Part shown: piece after piece, positions 7,939 through 17,671 of the stretch
Layout of the letters: every line of letters begins with the position of its first letter
Numbering within the stretch: the first letter of the stretch is position 1
Assembly: GCA_034430515.1 (NCBI GenBank)
Contig: DAOUEP010000035.1
Span: forward strand, 1 to 49,834
Origin: Dehalococcoidales bacterium
GTDB taxonomy: Bacteria; Chloroflexota; Dehalococcoidia; Dehalococcoidales; RBG-16-60-22
DNA: 49,834 nucleotides
Reading direction: 5' to 3'
The notes under the pieces: generated by a model
What the model was told of the DNA's origin: nothing
Database searches by the model: none
The model's input: only the letters and a program-made list of their open reading frames with translations
Program-made: the position numbers and the translations under genes

Positions 7939-8634
7939 TTATTTATGGCTTTTAAAACGGTAGCCCACGCCGGGGACACTGACGATGTACCGGGGCCGGG
8001 TGGGGTCTGGCTCCAGCTTGTGGCGCAGGCGGCGCACGAAGGTATGCAGGTATTCCTTTTCCTCGCGGTACTCCGGGCCCCACACCTTGCTCAGGATGTG
8101 CATGTGGGTGAGCACCTTGCCCTCGTTGAGGACAAGCTCCTGGAGGAGCCGGTACTCGGTGGGGGTCAGCTTGACTTCCTGGCCGGCCAGGGTCACCATC
8201 CGCTGGGTGAAGTTGACCTCGATATCGCCGCCCTTAAAGGTCGGCTGGGCCGGCTCGCTCAGGGCCGCCTGGGTGCGCCGCAGCACCGCCTTGACGCGGG
8301 CGATGAGCTCATCCAGGCCGAACGGCTTGGAGACATAGTCGTCGGCGCCCAGGCCCAGGCTCTTGACCTTATCGCTCTCGTCGCCGCGGGCGCTGAGTAC
8401 GATAATGGGAATCTGCGACCATTCCCGCAGGCGCTGGAGGACCTCAAAGCCGTCCACCTTGGGCATCACCAGGTCGAGGATGATGAGGTCGGGCATCTCC
8501 CTTTCGATTACCTCCAGCGCCTCGGCGCCGTCCAGGGCCGTCAGCGCCTCGTAATCTTCGACGCTAAGGTTGGCGCGGAGGAATTTAACGATGGCCAGGT
8601 CGTCGTCGACGATGAGAATGCGGGGCTTGTGCAT
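7939..8634 (-). CDS. OmpR-family response regulator, KdpE-like (paralog of 5301..6029)
   Basis: 231 aa. LSARGDESDKVKSLGLGADDYVSKPFGLDEL, and YLHTFVRRLRHKLEPDPTRPRYIVSVPGVGYRF. Confidence 0.85.
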   Translation of the reverse strand: MHKPRILIVDDDLAIVKFLRANLSVEDYEALTALDGAEALEVIEREMPDLIILDLVMPKVDGFEVLQRLREWSQIPIIVLSARGDESDKVKSLGLGADDYVSKPFGLDELIARVKAVLRRTQAALSEPAQPTFKGGDIEVNFTQRMVTLAGQEVKLTPTEYRLLQELVLNEGKVLTHMHILSKVWGPEYREEKEYLHTFVRRLRHKLEPDPTRPRYIVSVPGVGYRFKSHK

Positions 8635-8637
8635 GGG

Positions 8638-9009
8638 TTATCCTCCCGTATGCAGTGCCTGAGCTACTTTACGTACCAGCTCCTTTATCTCGAAGGGTTT
8701 TATCAGATAGCCGGCGGTGCGCATGCTGGCGAGCTTGTAATCCGTTCCCTGCGGCGCCGTGGCCGTCATGATTATCACCGGCAGCCTCTTGAGCCGGCGG
8801 TCGGTGCGGATGAGCATGAGGACGTCCCAGCCGCTCATGTCGGGCAGCCTCAGGTCGAGCAGGACGAGGTCGGGGCGCTCCCGGCGGCTGAGCTTGACGC
8901 CGCTCTCGCCGTTATCGGCGACGAATACCTTGTAACCGCTGGCGGCGAGGTTGGCCCGGGTCAGCTTCTGGATATCCTGGTCGTCTTCAATCACCAGTAT
9001 CTTGGGCAT
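8638..9009 (-). CDS. Single-domain CheY-like receiver protein
   Basis: 123 aa. ILVIEDD, LVLLDLRLPD and LIKPF. SD GGGGGAGG. The start overlaps the kinase 3-prime end by 23 nt. Confidence 0.85.
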   Translation of the reverse strand: MPKILVIEDDQDIQKLTRANLAASGYKVFVADNGESGVKLSRRERPDLVLLDLRLPDMSGWDVLMLIRTDRRLKRLPVIIMTATAPQGTDYKLASMRTAGYLIKPFEIKELVRKVAQALHTGG

Positions 9010-12000
9010 CTGCCTCCCCCTTTCCCGCCACCGGCAGGGTGAAGCTGAACTTGGAGCCGGCCCCGGGGCGGCTTTTCACCCATATTTTCCCGCCGTGGGC
9101 CTCCACGATACCCCGGGAGATAGAAAGACCCAGTCCCGTTCCTTTCTTGCGGCCGGTGGCGACGTCTTCCACCTGATAAAAGCGGTTGAACAGCTTATCG
9201 AGGAAATCTTCGGGGATGCCGGAGCCCTCGTCGGCGACGCTGACGGTAACCTCGTCGCCGCGGTGCCGAGCCTCGATGCTGATTTTAGTCCCCTCGTCCG
9301 AGTACTTGGTGGCGTTCTCGACGAGGTTGGTCAGCACCTGGCCGACGCGCGTTTCGTCCACGTAGACCGGCGGCAGCTTGGCGGGGGCGGTTACCTCCAG
9401 CTTGTGCCGGGCGGTGAGGCTGGCGAGGTTGCCCTGGACGGATTCCAGTATCTCGGAGAGGTGGTAGACGTCCCGGTCCAGCTTGAGGGCCCCGGCGTCG
9501 AGCCGGGAGATATCCAGCAGGTCGCTGATGAGGCGCGTCAGCCGGTTGGCCTCCCGGTCTATCGTTTCCAGGAAATCGCGCTCGTCTTTCTCCTCCCACT
9601 TGACATCGGTGCGCAGCAGCGTGGAGACAAAACCCTTGATGGAGGTCAGCGGCGTGCGCAGCTCGTGGGAGATATTGGCCAGGAACTGGCTCCTTAGCTT
9701 GTCCACGTCCCGCAGCACCTCCAGCTCCCGCTCCCGTTTCTCCCTCTCCCGGATTTCGGTAATATCCGTGGTCACGAAGACGAAGCCGATGGATTCCCCC
9801 TCGGTGCCCCGCAGCGCGGCGGCGTTGAGTTCGGCGGGGAACTGGCTGCCGTCCTGCTTGAGGAGAGTGCTTTCCACCATCAGGCTCCGGCCGGTCTCCA
9901 GCATGCGTTTCAGCTGGGTCGACACCTTGGGCTGGTCGTTGGGGGCGACGAAATCCAGGAAGCTCCGGACGATGAAGTCGTCTTTCTTTTTATAGCCGTG
10001 TATGCCGACGGTGGCGCTGTTTACCTCCAGGATTTGCCCCTCTAGGTCGGCGATGAAGATTCCCTCCGGCACCGATTCGAAGGTAAGACGCAGCTTTTCC
10101 TCCGACTGGCGCAGCTTCTCGACGGCCAGCTCGCGCTCGGCGCGCATGTGCAGCGAGACTATCCCGAAGGCCAGGTCGTTGGCCAGCTCGGTGAGCAGGA
10201 TTAGCTCATCCTCGTTAAAGGTGTCCGTATCGGCGGTGTAGATGTTCAGGGCGCCCAGGGTCTTGCCTCCGGTTACCAGGGGGAGCGCCACCGAGGACAG
10301 GTAACCACGCTTCAGGGCCTCCTCGCGCCAGGCGCCGTGATAATTACCGTTGCTGGCAATATTCTGGGCGATACTCGTCTGGCCGGTCCGGATGGCCTGG
10401 CCGGTAGGCGAGCGCCCCGGTTCGGTATCGGCCCAGGTGATATTGAGCTTATCCAGGTAGCCCGAGTTATCGCCGGCGTGGGCGGCCAGGCGCACCGTTT
10501 TGGCCTCGTCGTGCTCGGCGAGGCCCACCCAGGCCAGGCGGTACTGTCCTTCTTCCACGATGACCCGGCATATTTCGTTGAGCAGGTCGTCCTCGCTGGT
10601 GGCGTGTATCAGCGCCTGATTGGAGTGGCCGAGCACGGTGAGGGCCCGGTTTACCTTGATAATCTCCGCCTCGGCCTGCTTGCGGTCGGTGATATCCAGC
10701 GAGAGGACAAAAATGCCTTTGGGCACCGGCTCAATGCTGAACTCGAACCATCGCTGCGAGCCGTCGGCGTAGGTGAAGAGGTTTTCCAGGCGGTGATGCC
10801 GGCGCTTTTCCATGCAGTCGCGGAACTTGGCGAACATCTCCGTATTCTCGATGCCGGGGTAGGCCTCCATCATGGTATGCCCCAGCAGCTTTTTCTTGGG
10901 CAGGCGGTTGTGGCTGACGGCGCTATCGTTGAGGTAGACGTAGCGCCAGTCGAAGTCGATAATCTGGCAGCCCTCCATCATGTTATCCAGGGTGACCCGG
11001 TGGCGCTCTTCCGATGTGCGCAGGTCCTCGATGGCCCGCTCTTCCCGGGTGATGTCCTTTTGCTGGCAGATGACATGGGCTACCTTGCCGTCCCCGTCCT
11101 CAACGGCCGACATCGTATATTCCAGGACGAGATGGCCGTTATTTTTAAGTTTCAGCTGCTTTTCCCGTCCGGCATCGTAGTCCAGCTTGAAGCTGGCGGT
11201 CTGGCCCTTTTTAAAGACGGCCTCCACCAGCTTACGGTAACCCTGCTGGGCTATCTGGGTATCCTTGAGGACGTTGTATTTGCCGATGACTTCTTCATCG
11301 CTCATATGCAGCATATCGCGCAGGGCCTGGTTCATGCGGATGATGTTGCCTTTGTTATCGGCTACCCAGAGGGCACTGGGGCTGTGCTCGATGAGACTAT
11401 CCAGAAACTCCTGTCGCCAGCGGAGGTCGGCCTCATTTTCCTTGAGTTCGGTGATGTCCTGCACCGTCCCCAGCGAGCGGAGCGGGTTGCCCTGGTCATC
11501 GTACTGGGTCTCGCACCTTTCCTCGACGTACTTAATCAGGCCGCCTTTCAGCCGCAGCCGGTGGATGATGTTATAAGGGGTCTTTTTCGCGAGCGACTGG
11601 ATGTAAGCCTGGTTCACCATCTCCCGGTCGCCCGGGTGGATGCTATCCAGGAAGGCCTTGTAGGTTGCCTCGAATTCCTCCGGCTTCAGACCGAACATCC
11701 GGTACACTTCGTCGGACAAGGTGAGGGTATCGGTAGTAATATCCAGCTCCCAGTTGCCGATATGGGCCAGGCGCTGGGCCTCGGCCAGCCTGGCCTGGCT
11801 CTGGCGCAGGGTTGCCTCGGCCTGCTCCCGGCTCTGGATTTCCTCGACCAGCGCCCTGGTTCGCGATCTCACCTGTCGCCGCACTAGCAGCCTGTGGCTG
11901 CCGACCAGAAGTATCGCGCCGGCCACGCCGATGATGAGCCACTTGACCCACCCCGGCACCACCGTCGTCTCGGTTGCCTCCGTCACCAGCAATTTGTCCA

Positions 12001-12196
12001 GGGCCTGGTAGTAGGCCGAGTTCGTATCCGCCCAGAATCCGGACACGTTGCCCTGGGCGTCGGTGAAAATCTTGGGGTTGTTTTCGTAGACCCCCACCCT
12101 TACCGTGAGGGCATCGTCCGCCGCCGTAGCCGCGGCGGGGAAGCAGCTGAGAAGCGGCGCCGCCAGGAGAAGCAGCCAGAAACGTTTCTTCGTCAT
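8987..12196 (-). CDS. Multi-sensor histidine kinase (signal peptide, short periplasmic stub, TM, several PAS, GAF, PAS, HisKA, HATPase)
   Basis: 1069 aa. H-box SHELRTPLTSIKGF, N/G boxes NLVENATKY, DEGSGIP and GTGLGLSI. Several PAS-like repeats and one GAF-like block. Confidence 0.9.
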   Translation of the reverse strand: MTKKRFWLLLLAAPLLSCFPAAATAADDALTVRVGVYENNPKIFTDAQGNVSGFWADTNSAYYQALDKLLVTEATETTVVPGWVKWLIIGVAGAILLVGSHRLLVRRQVRSRTRALVEEIQSREQAEATLRQSQARLAEAQRLAHIGNWELDITTDTLTLSDEVYRMFGLKPEEFEATYKAFLDSIHPGDREMVNQAYIQSLAKKTPYNIIHRLRLKGGLIKYVEERCETQYDDQGNPLRSLGTVQDITELKENEADLRWRQEFLDSLIEHSPSALWVADNKGNIIRMNQALRDMLHMSDEEVIGKYNVLKDTQIAQQGYRKLVEAVFKKGQTASFKLDYDAGREKQLKLKNNGHLVLEYTMSAVEDGDGKVAHVICQQKDITREERAIEDLRTSEERHRVTLDNMMEGCQIIDFDWRYVYLNDSAVSHNRLPKKKLLGHTMMEAYPGIENTEMFAKFRDCMEKRRHHRLENLFTYADGSQRWFEFSIEPVPKGIFVLSLDITDRKQAEAEIIKVNRALTVLGHSNQALIHATSEDDLLNEICRVIVEEGQYRLAWVGLAEHDEAKTVRLAAHAGDNSGYLDKLNITWADTEPGRSPTGQAIRTGQTSIAQNIASNGNYHGAWREEALKRGYLSSVALPLVTGGKTLGALNIYTADTDTFNEDELILLTELANDLAFGIVSLHMRAERELAVEKLRQSEEKLRLTFESVPEGIFIADLEGQILEVNSATVGIHGYKKKDDFIVRSFLDFVAPNDQPKVSTQLKRMLETGRSLMVESTLLKQDGSQFPAELNAAALRGTEGESIGFVFVTTDITEIREREKRERELEVLRDVDKLRSQFLANISHELRTPLTSIKGFVSTLLRTDVKWEEKDERDFLETIDREANRLTRLISDLLDISRLDAGALKLDRDVYHLSEILESVQGNLASLTARHKLEVTAPAKLPPVYVDETRVGQVLTNLVENATKYSDEGTKISIEARHRGDEVTVSVADEGSGIPEDFLDKLFNRFYQVEDVATGRKKGTGLGLSISRGIVEAHGGKIWVKSRPGAGSKFSFTLPVAGKGEADAQDTGD

Positions 12197-12330
12197 AACA
12201 CCCCCTCCCCATACCCGTCCACCCCGGGGTCTGGCCTGCCCTACTAACTTTTTATACTAACTCCGTAAATAAACAGAAACACTGGTATCCCCCTCGCATG
12301 GTGAGACTTCCAGTGCCTGTGTAAAACACT

Positions 12331-12549
12331 ATTTTACCCAGGGTATGCCCCTTTGTCCTTTAGGTCCCGATTGGTTAACTCCTCCCCATAGCTATACTTT
12401 AACGCTAATAGGCATAGTTGTCAATGCCTCGTAAGTACCCCCTTTTTATCCAGGGCATGCCTCTTTGTCCTTCTGAGCGTGTCTGGTTATTCCTTTCCCT
12501 TAGCTGCAGGGTAACTTTGATAGGTATGGGTACCAGTACGAAGGTCACC
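12331..12549. repeat. Degenerate tandem duplication (two units of about 105-110 nt) in the kinase operon upstream region
   Basis: Unit A 12331-12441 and unit B 12443-12549 share TTTA(C/T)CCAGGG(T/C)ATGCC(C/T)CTTTGTCCTT ... TGGTTA ... TAGCT ... ACTTT ... ATAGG(C/T)AT. Confidence 0.7.
12396..12424 (-). promoter_or_regulatory. Candidate promoter of the kinase operon
   Basis: Minus strand TTGACA (12419-12424), 17-nt spacer, TAAAGT (12396-12401). The -35 element sits inside the palindrome AGGCAT-N8-ATGCCT (12410-12429). Confidence 0.4.
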
Positions 12550-12623
12550 TGACCGGGCCGATGCCGGCGGTTTTAAGAGGTCGTCGCCGTGGGGAGAAAA
12601 GGGATAAAGAGAAAGCAGGCGCG

Positions 12624-12663
12624 TGGTGCGAATCGAACGCACGACACGCGTTTTAAGAAACCG
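12624..12663 (-). pseudogene. Relic of a tRNA 3-prime half (anticodon arm to T arm), related to tRNA-Arg(CCT) at 17716..17790
   Basis: 36 of 40 aligned positions match 17725-17763 (one 1-nt indel). The T arm GTGCG-TTCGATT-CGCAC is intact. The D arm and 5-prime acceptor are missing, and the anticodon stem no longer pairs. Confidence 0.7.
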
Positions 12664-12690
12664 TTTTGTGGGTTGGCCGCTTTAGCGGTA

Positions 12691-15354
12691 CTATTTTTTC
12701 AGTGCCGCCAGTCCCTTTTTAACCCTGTCCGGGGTGGCCGGCAGGTCGTGGATGCGCACGCCGCAGGCGTTATAGATGGCATTGGTTACCGATGGCGCCG
12801 TAGAAATCATCGTCATTTCGCCAATGCCCGTGGCGCCCAGCGTGCCGTTGGGTCGCGGGGTCTCGCGGAGGATAATCTCCATTTCCGGCATCATCTGGAT
12901 GGTCGGGAACTTGAACGTCTTCCAGTCGAGCGTCTGGCCGTGGATGTATTCCTCGCGCAGGGCGAAGCCGATACCCTGGTCCATGCCGCCCTCCAGCTGA
13001 CCCTCGACGGCCTGGGGGTTGATGATGGGGCCGGCATCGACGGCGGTGGTCATCTTGAGCACTTTGGCCTCGCCGGTTTGGGTATTCACCTCCACCTCCG
13101 CCATCTGGATGTTGTGCACGATGGACTCGTTGGAATCGCCCTGGCCGGTCTTGGGGTCCCACTTGCCGCCCTTGAGCTTCTTTTCGCCGATATAGCGGGT
13201 GGGCTTGCCGGCTTTCTCCAGGGCGGCACGGGTCTTGGCGCCGACCTCGTCCCAGGCTTTCTTAAGCTGCTCCACGGCCAGCTGCAGCGAGCCGCCGCCG
13301 ATATAGGTCATCCGGCTGCCGGCGGCCGGGCCCATGGCCACGGTCTTGCTGGTATCGCGGGTCTCCAGGCGGACTCTATCCATAGATATGCCCAGGACGT
13401 GCGCCGCAATCTGGGTCAGCATGGCGTCGTTACCCTCGCCGGGGTCGGCGATGGCGCCGAAGATGGTGACGGTATCGTCGGGGTTGACCTCGACCTCCAC
13501 GTGGCCCTGGTCGCCGGGGCCGCCGATGCCGAAGGCGTGCACCCCCAGGCCGACGCCCCGCTTGAGCTTATCGTTTTTCTGGTTAAAGGCGGCGGCGTCC
13601 TTTTTGGCCCTCTCCCAGTGGGGCTGGATGACGTCGCAGATTTCCGGGAACTCCCACTGGTCGAGCGTCGCCCCGGTGGAGCGCGGCTCGCCCGGTTTCA
13701 GCGAGTTGAGCTTGCGGAACGCCAGGCGGTCCATGCCCACCTTCTCCGCCAGCATATCGATGATGGACTCGACGCCGAAGTTGGACTGGGGCGGCCCGGC
13801 GCCGCGGGCGGCGGCACCCGGGGCGTTGCTGGTATAGACCAGCTTGCAGTTGGCCCAGACATTGGGGATTTTGTAGGCGCTGGAGAGCATGTGCAGGGTG
13901 CGGTGAATGGTCAGGCCGCCCAGGATAAAATAGGCCCCTTTATTGATGTACATATCCATCCACAGGCCGGTAAAGCGCCCGTTTTCGTCGGCGCCCATGC
14001 GGACGTTCATGATGTAAGGGTGGCGTTTGGGGCTGAGGAAAAGGGACTCGGCCAGCGAGGGGACGTAGCGTACCGGCCGCTTGAAGTGCACGCAGGCCGC
14101 CGCGGCCAGGGCCTCGGTGATGATGGCCGATTTCTGGCCGAACTGCCCGCCGGAGAAGGCCTCCAGATAGCGGGTCTTGTCCCAGCCGACCGCCTCGCCG
14201 ATGACGGCGGCGTTGGGGTGGATATTGATGCTGCGCCCGATGACGATTAGCTCGGCCTCGTCGCCTTCGCCCTCCAGATAGCAGACGGTGGTCTCCGGCT
14301 CTAGCGGGGCCTGGTGGTTGACCTGGGTGGAGAACTGCGCCGCGACCACGTATTTGGACTGGGACAGGGCCTTTTCGGCGTCGCCGAAAATCTGGGGCGT
14401 TTCCGATATCAAATTGGGAGACCAGTCGTGCAGCTTGTCAGCGCCGGGGGCCAGGGCCTCCTGGGAGGTCATGTAGTACGGCAGGGGCTCGTATTCCACC
14501 TTGACGGCGGCGGCGGCCGCCCGGGCCTGCTCGCGGGTCGCGGCGGCGACGATGGCGATGGGGTCGCCGTAAGACTTGACCATATCCTCGACCAGCAGGG
14601 GCTTGTCCGGCACGGCCTCGCGGACACGATTGGTGCCTTCGATTTCGTGATAGGTGATGATGCCCACCACGCCCGGCATTTTGGCGGCGGCGGTGGTATC
14701 AAGCGACTTGATTTTGGCGCGATGGATAAAGCAGTGGGCGCAGGCGATTTCCAGCGCGCCGTCGAAGTAGTAGTCCGCCGAGAACTTGGCCAGGCCGCAG
14801 GCCTTAATCATGGACGTGGGGCGGGGGTGCGACACGCCCATGGCCTTCTTAGGCAGGGCGGCCCTCACCTTGGCCGGGGTGGTCTCGCCGCGAAGGAATT
14901 TAGCGGCCAGCTGCACGGCGTCGACGATTTTTTTGTAGCCGGTGCACCGGCAGAGGTTGCCGGCCAGGGCTTTTTTAATATCGTCCAGGGTGGGGTTGGG
15001 GTTCTTGTCCAGCAGGGCCTTGGTGGCCATAATCATGCCGGGCGTGCAGTAGCCGCACTGGATAGCCCCGGTGAGGACGTAGGCCTCCTGAATCAGGTGC
15101 GGGTTGTCCGGCGTGCCCAGCCCCTCCACCGTGATGACCTCGGCGCCTTCCAGGTCGCTTACCTTGCGCAGGCAGGAGCGCACCGCCTTGTCGTTGACGA
15201 TGACGGTGCAGGCGCCGCACTGCCCCTTGCGGTCGCAGGACTGCTTGGTGCCGGTCAGGTGCAGGTCTTCACGCAGCAAGTCGAGCAGGACTTTTTCCGG
15301 GCCGACCTCAACCTGTTTCTTGATGCCGTTAATCGTCAGGGTAACTTTTTTCAT
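12691..15354 (-). CDS. Aldehyde oxidoreductase, Mop type (N-terminal 2x[2Fe-2S] plus molybdopterin domains, no FAD domain)
   Basis: Begins MKKVTLTINGI...CDRKGQCGACTV...GAIQCGYCTPGMIM...NLCRCTGY and continues with xanthine-dehydrogenase-family Moco domains. Its size of about 890-908 aa matches the Desulfovibrio gigas MOP architecture. The ORF track start at 15417 is an alternative. Confidence 0.85.
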   Translation of the reverse strand: MKKVTLTINGIKKQVEVGPEKVLLDLLREDLHLTGTKQSCDRKGQCGACTVIVNDKAVRSCLRKVSDLEGAEVITVEGLGTPDNPHLIQEAYVLTGAIQCGYCTPGMIMATKALLDKNPNPTLDDIKKALAGNLCRCTGYKKIVDAVQLAAKFLRGETTPAKVRAALPKKAMGVSHPRPTSMIKACGLAKFSADYYFDGALEIACAHCFIHRAKIKSLDTTAAAKMPGVVGIITYHEIEGTNRVREAVPDKPLLVEDMVKSYGDPIAIVAAATREQARAAAAAVKVEYEPLPYYMTSQEALAPGADKLHDWSPNLISETPQIFGDAEKALSQSKYVVAAQFSTQVNHQAPLEPETTVCYLEGEGDEAELIVIGRSINIHPNAAVIGEAVGWDKTRYLEAFSGGQFGQKSAIITEALAAAACVHFKRPVRYVPSLAESLFLSPKRHPYIMNVRMGADENGRFTGLWMDMYINKGAYFILGGLTIHRTLHMLSSAYKIPNVWANCKLVYTSNAPGAAARGAGPPQSNFGVESIIDMLAEKVGMDRLAFRKLNSLKPGEPRSTGATLDQWEFPEICDVIQPHWERAKKDAAAFNQKNDKLKRGVGLGVHAFGIGGPGDQGHVEVEVNPDDTVTIFGAIADPGEGNDAMLTQIAAHVLGISMDRVRLETRDTSKTVAMGPAAGSRMTYIGGGSLQLAVEQLKKAWDEVGAKTRAALEKAGKPTRYIGEKKLKGGKWDPKTGQGDSNESIVHNIQMAEVEVNTQTGEAKVLKMTTAVDAGPIINPQAVEGQLEGGMDQGIGFALREEYIHGQTLDWKTFKFPTIQMMPEMEIILRETPRPNGTLGATGIGEMTMISTAPSVTNAIYNACGVRIHDLPATPDRVKKGLAALKK

Positions 15355-15438
15355 TACTTTACCTACCTTATTTTTTACGCTATCTGGTACGGTTGTATTA
15401 AAATATAGCGTTTTCAACTGAAAAATGTCAAAAAGGAG

Positions 15439-17430
15439 TTATCCCATCTCCGTTTTCCTCAGCTTTTCCAGCTCGCTCTCCAGCTCCCCACTTAGCTTTT
15501 CGACCCGGGCGCTCAGGTCTTGCCGCTGGCCGGTAAGCGAACCGATTCGCTCCTTGAGCGCGTGGTACTCCCGGCTGGTCTCGCCGACCCTGGCGCCGTC
15601 TTTGTAGTGCTCCGGGTCTGCCAGCCGCGCCTCGACCTCGCTCAGGCGCCGGTTGAGGGCGGTAAGCTCGCTGGCCACGGCGGCGGCTTGCTGTTTCAGG
15701 GGGGTTATGCGGCGGCTGTATTCGTTCCGCAGATTCCCTTCCAGGGTCTTGCGCTGGCGGCCCTTGCGGGCGCCGCCGGAACGATTGTCGCGGGATGCGG
15801 CCCGCACCGGCTGGGGGACGTCCGCGGCCCGCGGCTCCCTGGCATACAGGTAATCGTCGTAGCCGCCGGGGAAGACCCGTATTCGGCCCTCGTTTACCTC
15901 GATTATCTGGTTGGCCACCTCGCGTATCAGGGTGCGGTCGTGGGTGATGAGGCAAATCGTCCCCGTGTAGGCCTGGAGGGCGTCGGTGAGTATCTCGCGG
16001 GAGGGGATATCCAGGTGGTTGGTCGGCTCGTCGAGGAGGAGGAAGTTGGCCGGGTGAGCCAGCATCCGGGCCAGGGCCACCCGCGTCTTTTCCCCGCCGG
16101 AGAGCACGCCCACCTTTTTGTAGACGTCCTCCCCGCTGAAGAGGAAGGCCCCCAGCAGGCCCCGCAGGCGCTGCTCCGGCTCGTCCGGGGCGACCCGCCG
16201 GATTTCCTCAAGGAGGTTATTGGCCGGGTCGAGCAGCTCGATATAGTACTGGGCGAAATAGGCCGTCCCCACATTATGCCCCAGGGCGCGCCGGCCTTTC
16301 TCGAAGGGCAGCACCCCGGCCAGCATCCTGAGCAGGGTGGTCTTGCCGGCCCCGTTGGGGCCCACCAGCGCCGCCTTGTCGCCGCGGCTCAGGGTCAGGT
16401 CGAGGTCGCGGTAGACCGGTTTGTCGCCGTAAGATTTGGCGATGCCTTCCAGCGTGATAACGGTATGGCCGCTGCGCCGCGGCTCGGGGAAGGCAAAGCG
16501 GATTTTCGGCGTGGCGCGCGGCACGACCACCCGCTCCATCCTGGCCAGCTGCTTCAGCCGGCTCTGCACCTGGGTGGCCTTGGTGTTCTTGGCGCGGAAC
16601 CGCTCGATGAAGCGCATCTCTTTCTTGAGCCGGGCCTCCTGCCTTTTGGCCTGCGCCCGGCGGATGGCCGCTTCCTTCTGGCGGGCCAGGACATAATCGT
16701 CGTAGTCCCCGGTGAAGAAGATGACCTCGTCGCGCTCGATGGCCATGATTTTCCCGGCGACGTTGTTCAGGAAGGCCCGGTCGTGGGAGGTAACCAAGAC
16801 CGCCCCGTGATAGCCCTTGAGATAGCTCTCGAACCAGGCTATCGTCTCCAGGTCGAGGTGATTGGTCGGCTCGTCCAGGATGAGGACGTCGGGATTGAGG
16901 AAGAGGAGCTTGGCCAGCTCGATGCGCGTGTGCCAGCCGCCGCTGAACTCGGCTAGGGAACGCCGGAAGTCGACCTCGGTAAAGCCCAGGCCGGCCAGGA
17001 TTAACTTGGCCTCGTGCTCGGCGTTGTAGCCGCCGCTCCCCTCGAACTCGCTCTGGAGCTCGCCGAGGTCGGCCAGCAGCGCGGCGATATTCCCGGCGTC
17101 TTTCTCCTCGGCCAGCTCCTCCTGGAGCAGCCGGATTTTGTGGGCCAGGTCGCTCACGGCGCCGGCGGCGCCGACCACCTCGTCGAGCAGGCGACTGCGG
17201 GAGGTGGGCCGGATATCCTGCCGCAGGTAGCCGATGGAGGTGCCGCGGCGCACCGAGATGGAGCCGGAGTCCGGGCTGATATGGCCGGCGATGATTTCGA
17301 AGAGGGTCGTTTTGCCGGTGCCGTTGGCGCCGATGACGGCGATGCGGTCTTTCATCCCGACGGTAAAGCTGACATCGGAAAAGAGGTAGCGCTGGTTATA
17401 TGACTTGGATATATTATTGATGCTTAGCAT
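15439..17430 (-). CDS. ABC-F family ATPase (two ABC cassettes, linker, C-terminal coiled coil)
   Basis: 663 aa. Two Walker A motifs ([18 protein letters not shown]), two LSGG signatures and no TM domain. The R/K/E-rich C-terminal helix resembles Uup/YheS-type proteins. Confidence 0.9.
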   Translation of the reverse strand: MLSINNISKSYNQRYLFSDVSFTVGMKDRIAVIGANGTGKTTLFEIIAGHISPDSGSISVRRGTSIGYLRQDIRPTSRSRLLDEVVGAAGAVSDLAHKIRLLQEELAEEKDAGNIAALLADLGELQSEFEGSGGYNAEHEAKLILAGLGFTEVDFRRSLAEFSGGWHTRIELAKLLFLNPDVLILDEPTNHLDLETIAWFESYLKGYHGAVLVTSHDRAFLNNVAGKIMAIERDEVIFFTGDYDDYVLARQKEAAIRRAQAKRQEARLKKEMRFIERFRAKNTKATQVQSRLKQLARMERVVVPRATPKIRFAFPEPRRSGHTVITLEGIAKSYGDKPVYRDLDLTLSRGDKAALVGPNGAGKTTLLRMLAGVLPFEKGRRALGHNVGTAYFAQYYIELLDPANNLLEEIRRVAPDEPEQRLRGLLGAFLFSGEDVYKKVGVLSGGEKTRVALARMLAHPANFLLLDEPTNHLDIPSREILTDALQAYTGTICLITHDRTLIREVANQIIEVNEGRIRVFPGGYDDYLYAREPRAADVPQPVRAASRDNRSGGARKGRQRKTLEGNLRNEYSRRITPLKQQAAAVASELTALNRRLSEVEARLADPEHYKDGARVGETSREYHALKERIGSLTGQRQDLSARVEKLSGELESELEKLRKTEMG

Positions 17431-17473
17431 TGGCTATTTATCCCTCGTTTTAAGCTCGCTGAAACCGGGCAAC

Positions 17474-17500
17474 AAAAAAGCCCAGGGTTATCGCCTGGGC
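17474..17500 (-). terminator. Intrinsic terminator (attenuator) in the ABC-F leader
   Basis: Minus strand GCCCAGG-cgataac-CCTGGGC followed by TTTTTT, about 45 nt upstream of the ABC-F ATG. Confidence 0.7.
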
Positions 17501-17525
17501 TCGGATTGCGTTTTTCCGGTGGTTC

Positions 17526-17642
17526 TTACGCCGTATCTACCTGAAAAAGGACGCACCGAGCCCTTGGCGACGCCGCCGCCGGTATGGCCACGATTACCGC
17601 GCTCATCCGGCTGCCGCTATTTATTTGACTCAGTAAACGCAT
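17526..17642 (-). CDS. Candidate 38-codon leader ORF (MRLLSQINSGSRMSAVIVAIPAAASPRARCVLFQVDTA)
   Basis: ATG is preceded by GAAGGGA. Its 3-prime third overlaps the 5-prime strand of a putative antiterminator helix. It is below the ORF-track length cutoff. Confidence 0.4.
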   Translation of the reverse strand: MRLLSQINSGSRMSAVIVAIPAAASPRARCVLFQVDTA

Positions 17643-17671
17643 CGGAGTTCCCTTCGGCAGAAGTACGGGTA

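Noticed and set aside
5301-8634. Calling the two regulators the Kdp potassium-response system
   Set aside because: They resemble KdpE, but the neighbouring kinase has no KdpD-type N-terminal domain and no kdpFABC genes are nearby. I therefore call them only KdpE-like.
10337-11887. 516-aa plus-strand ORF
   Set aside because: It is antisense to the multi-PAS histidine kinase and has no recognisable domain. It is the typical shadow ORF of GC-rich coding DNA.
12589-14250. 553-aa plus-strand ORF
   Set aside because: It is antisense to the well-supported aldehyde oxidoreductase gene. The sequence is Gly/Ala/Arg/Leu-rich and low in complexity, with no motifs and no SD. This is the usual high-GC antisense artefact, and the same applies to 14314..15408.
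17474-17670. T-box or metabolite riboswitch in the ABC-F leader
   Set aside because: I could see no T-box sequence, specifier-loop architecture or known riboswitch core. A translated-leader attenuator explains the elements better.
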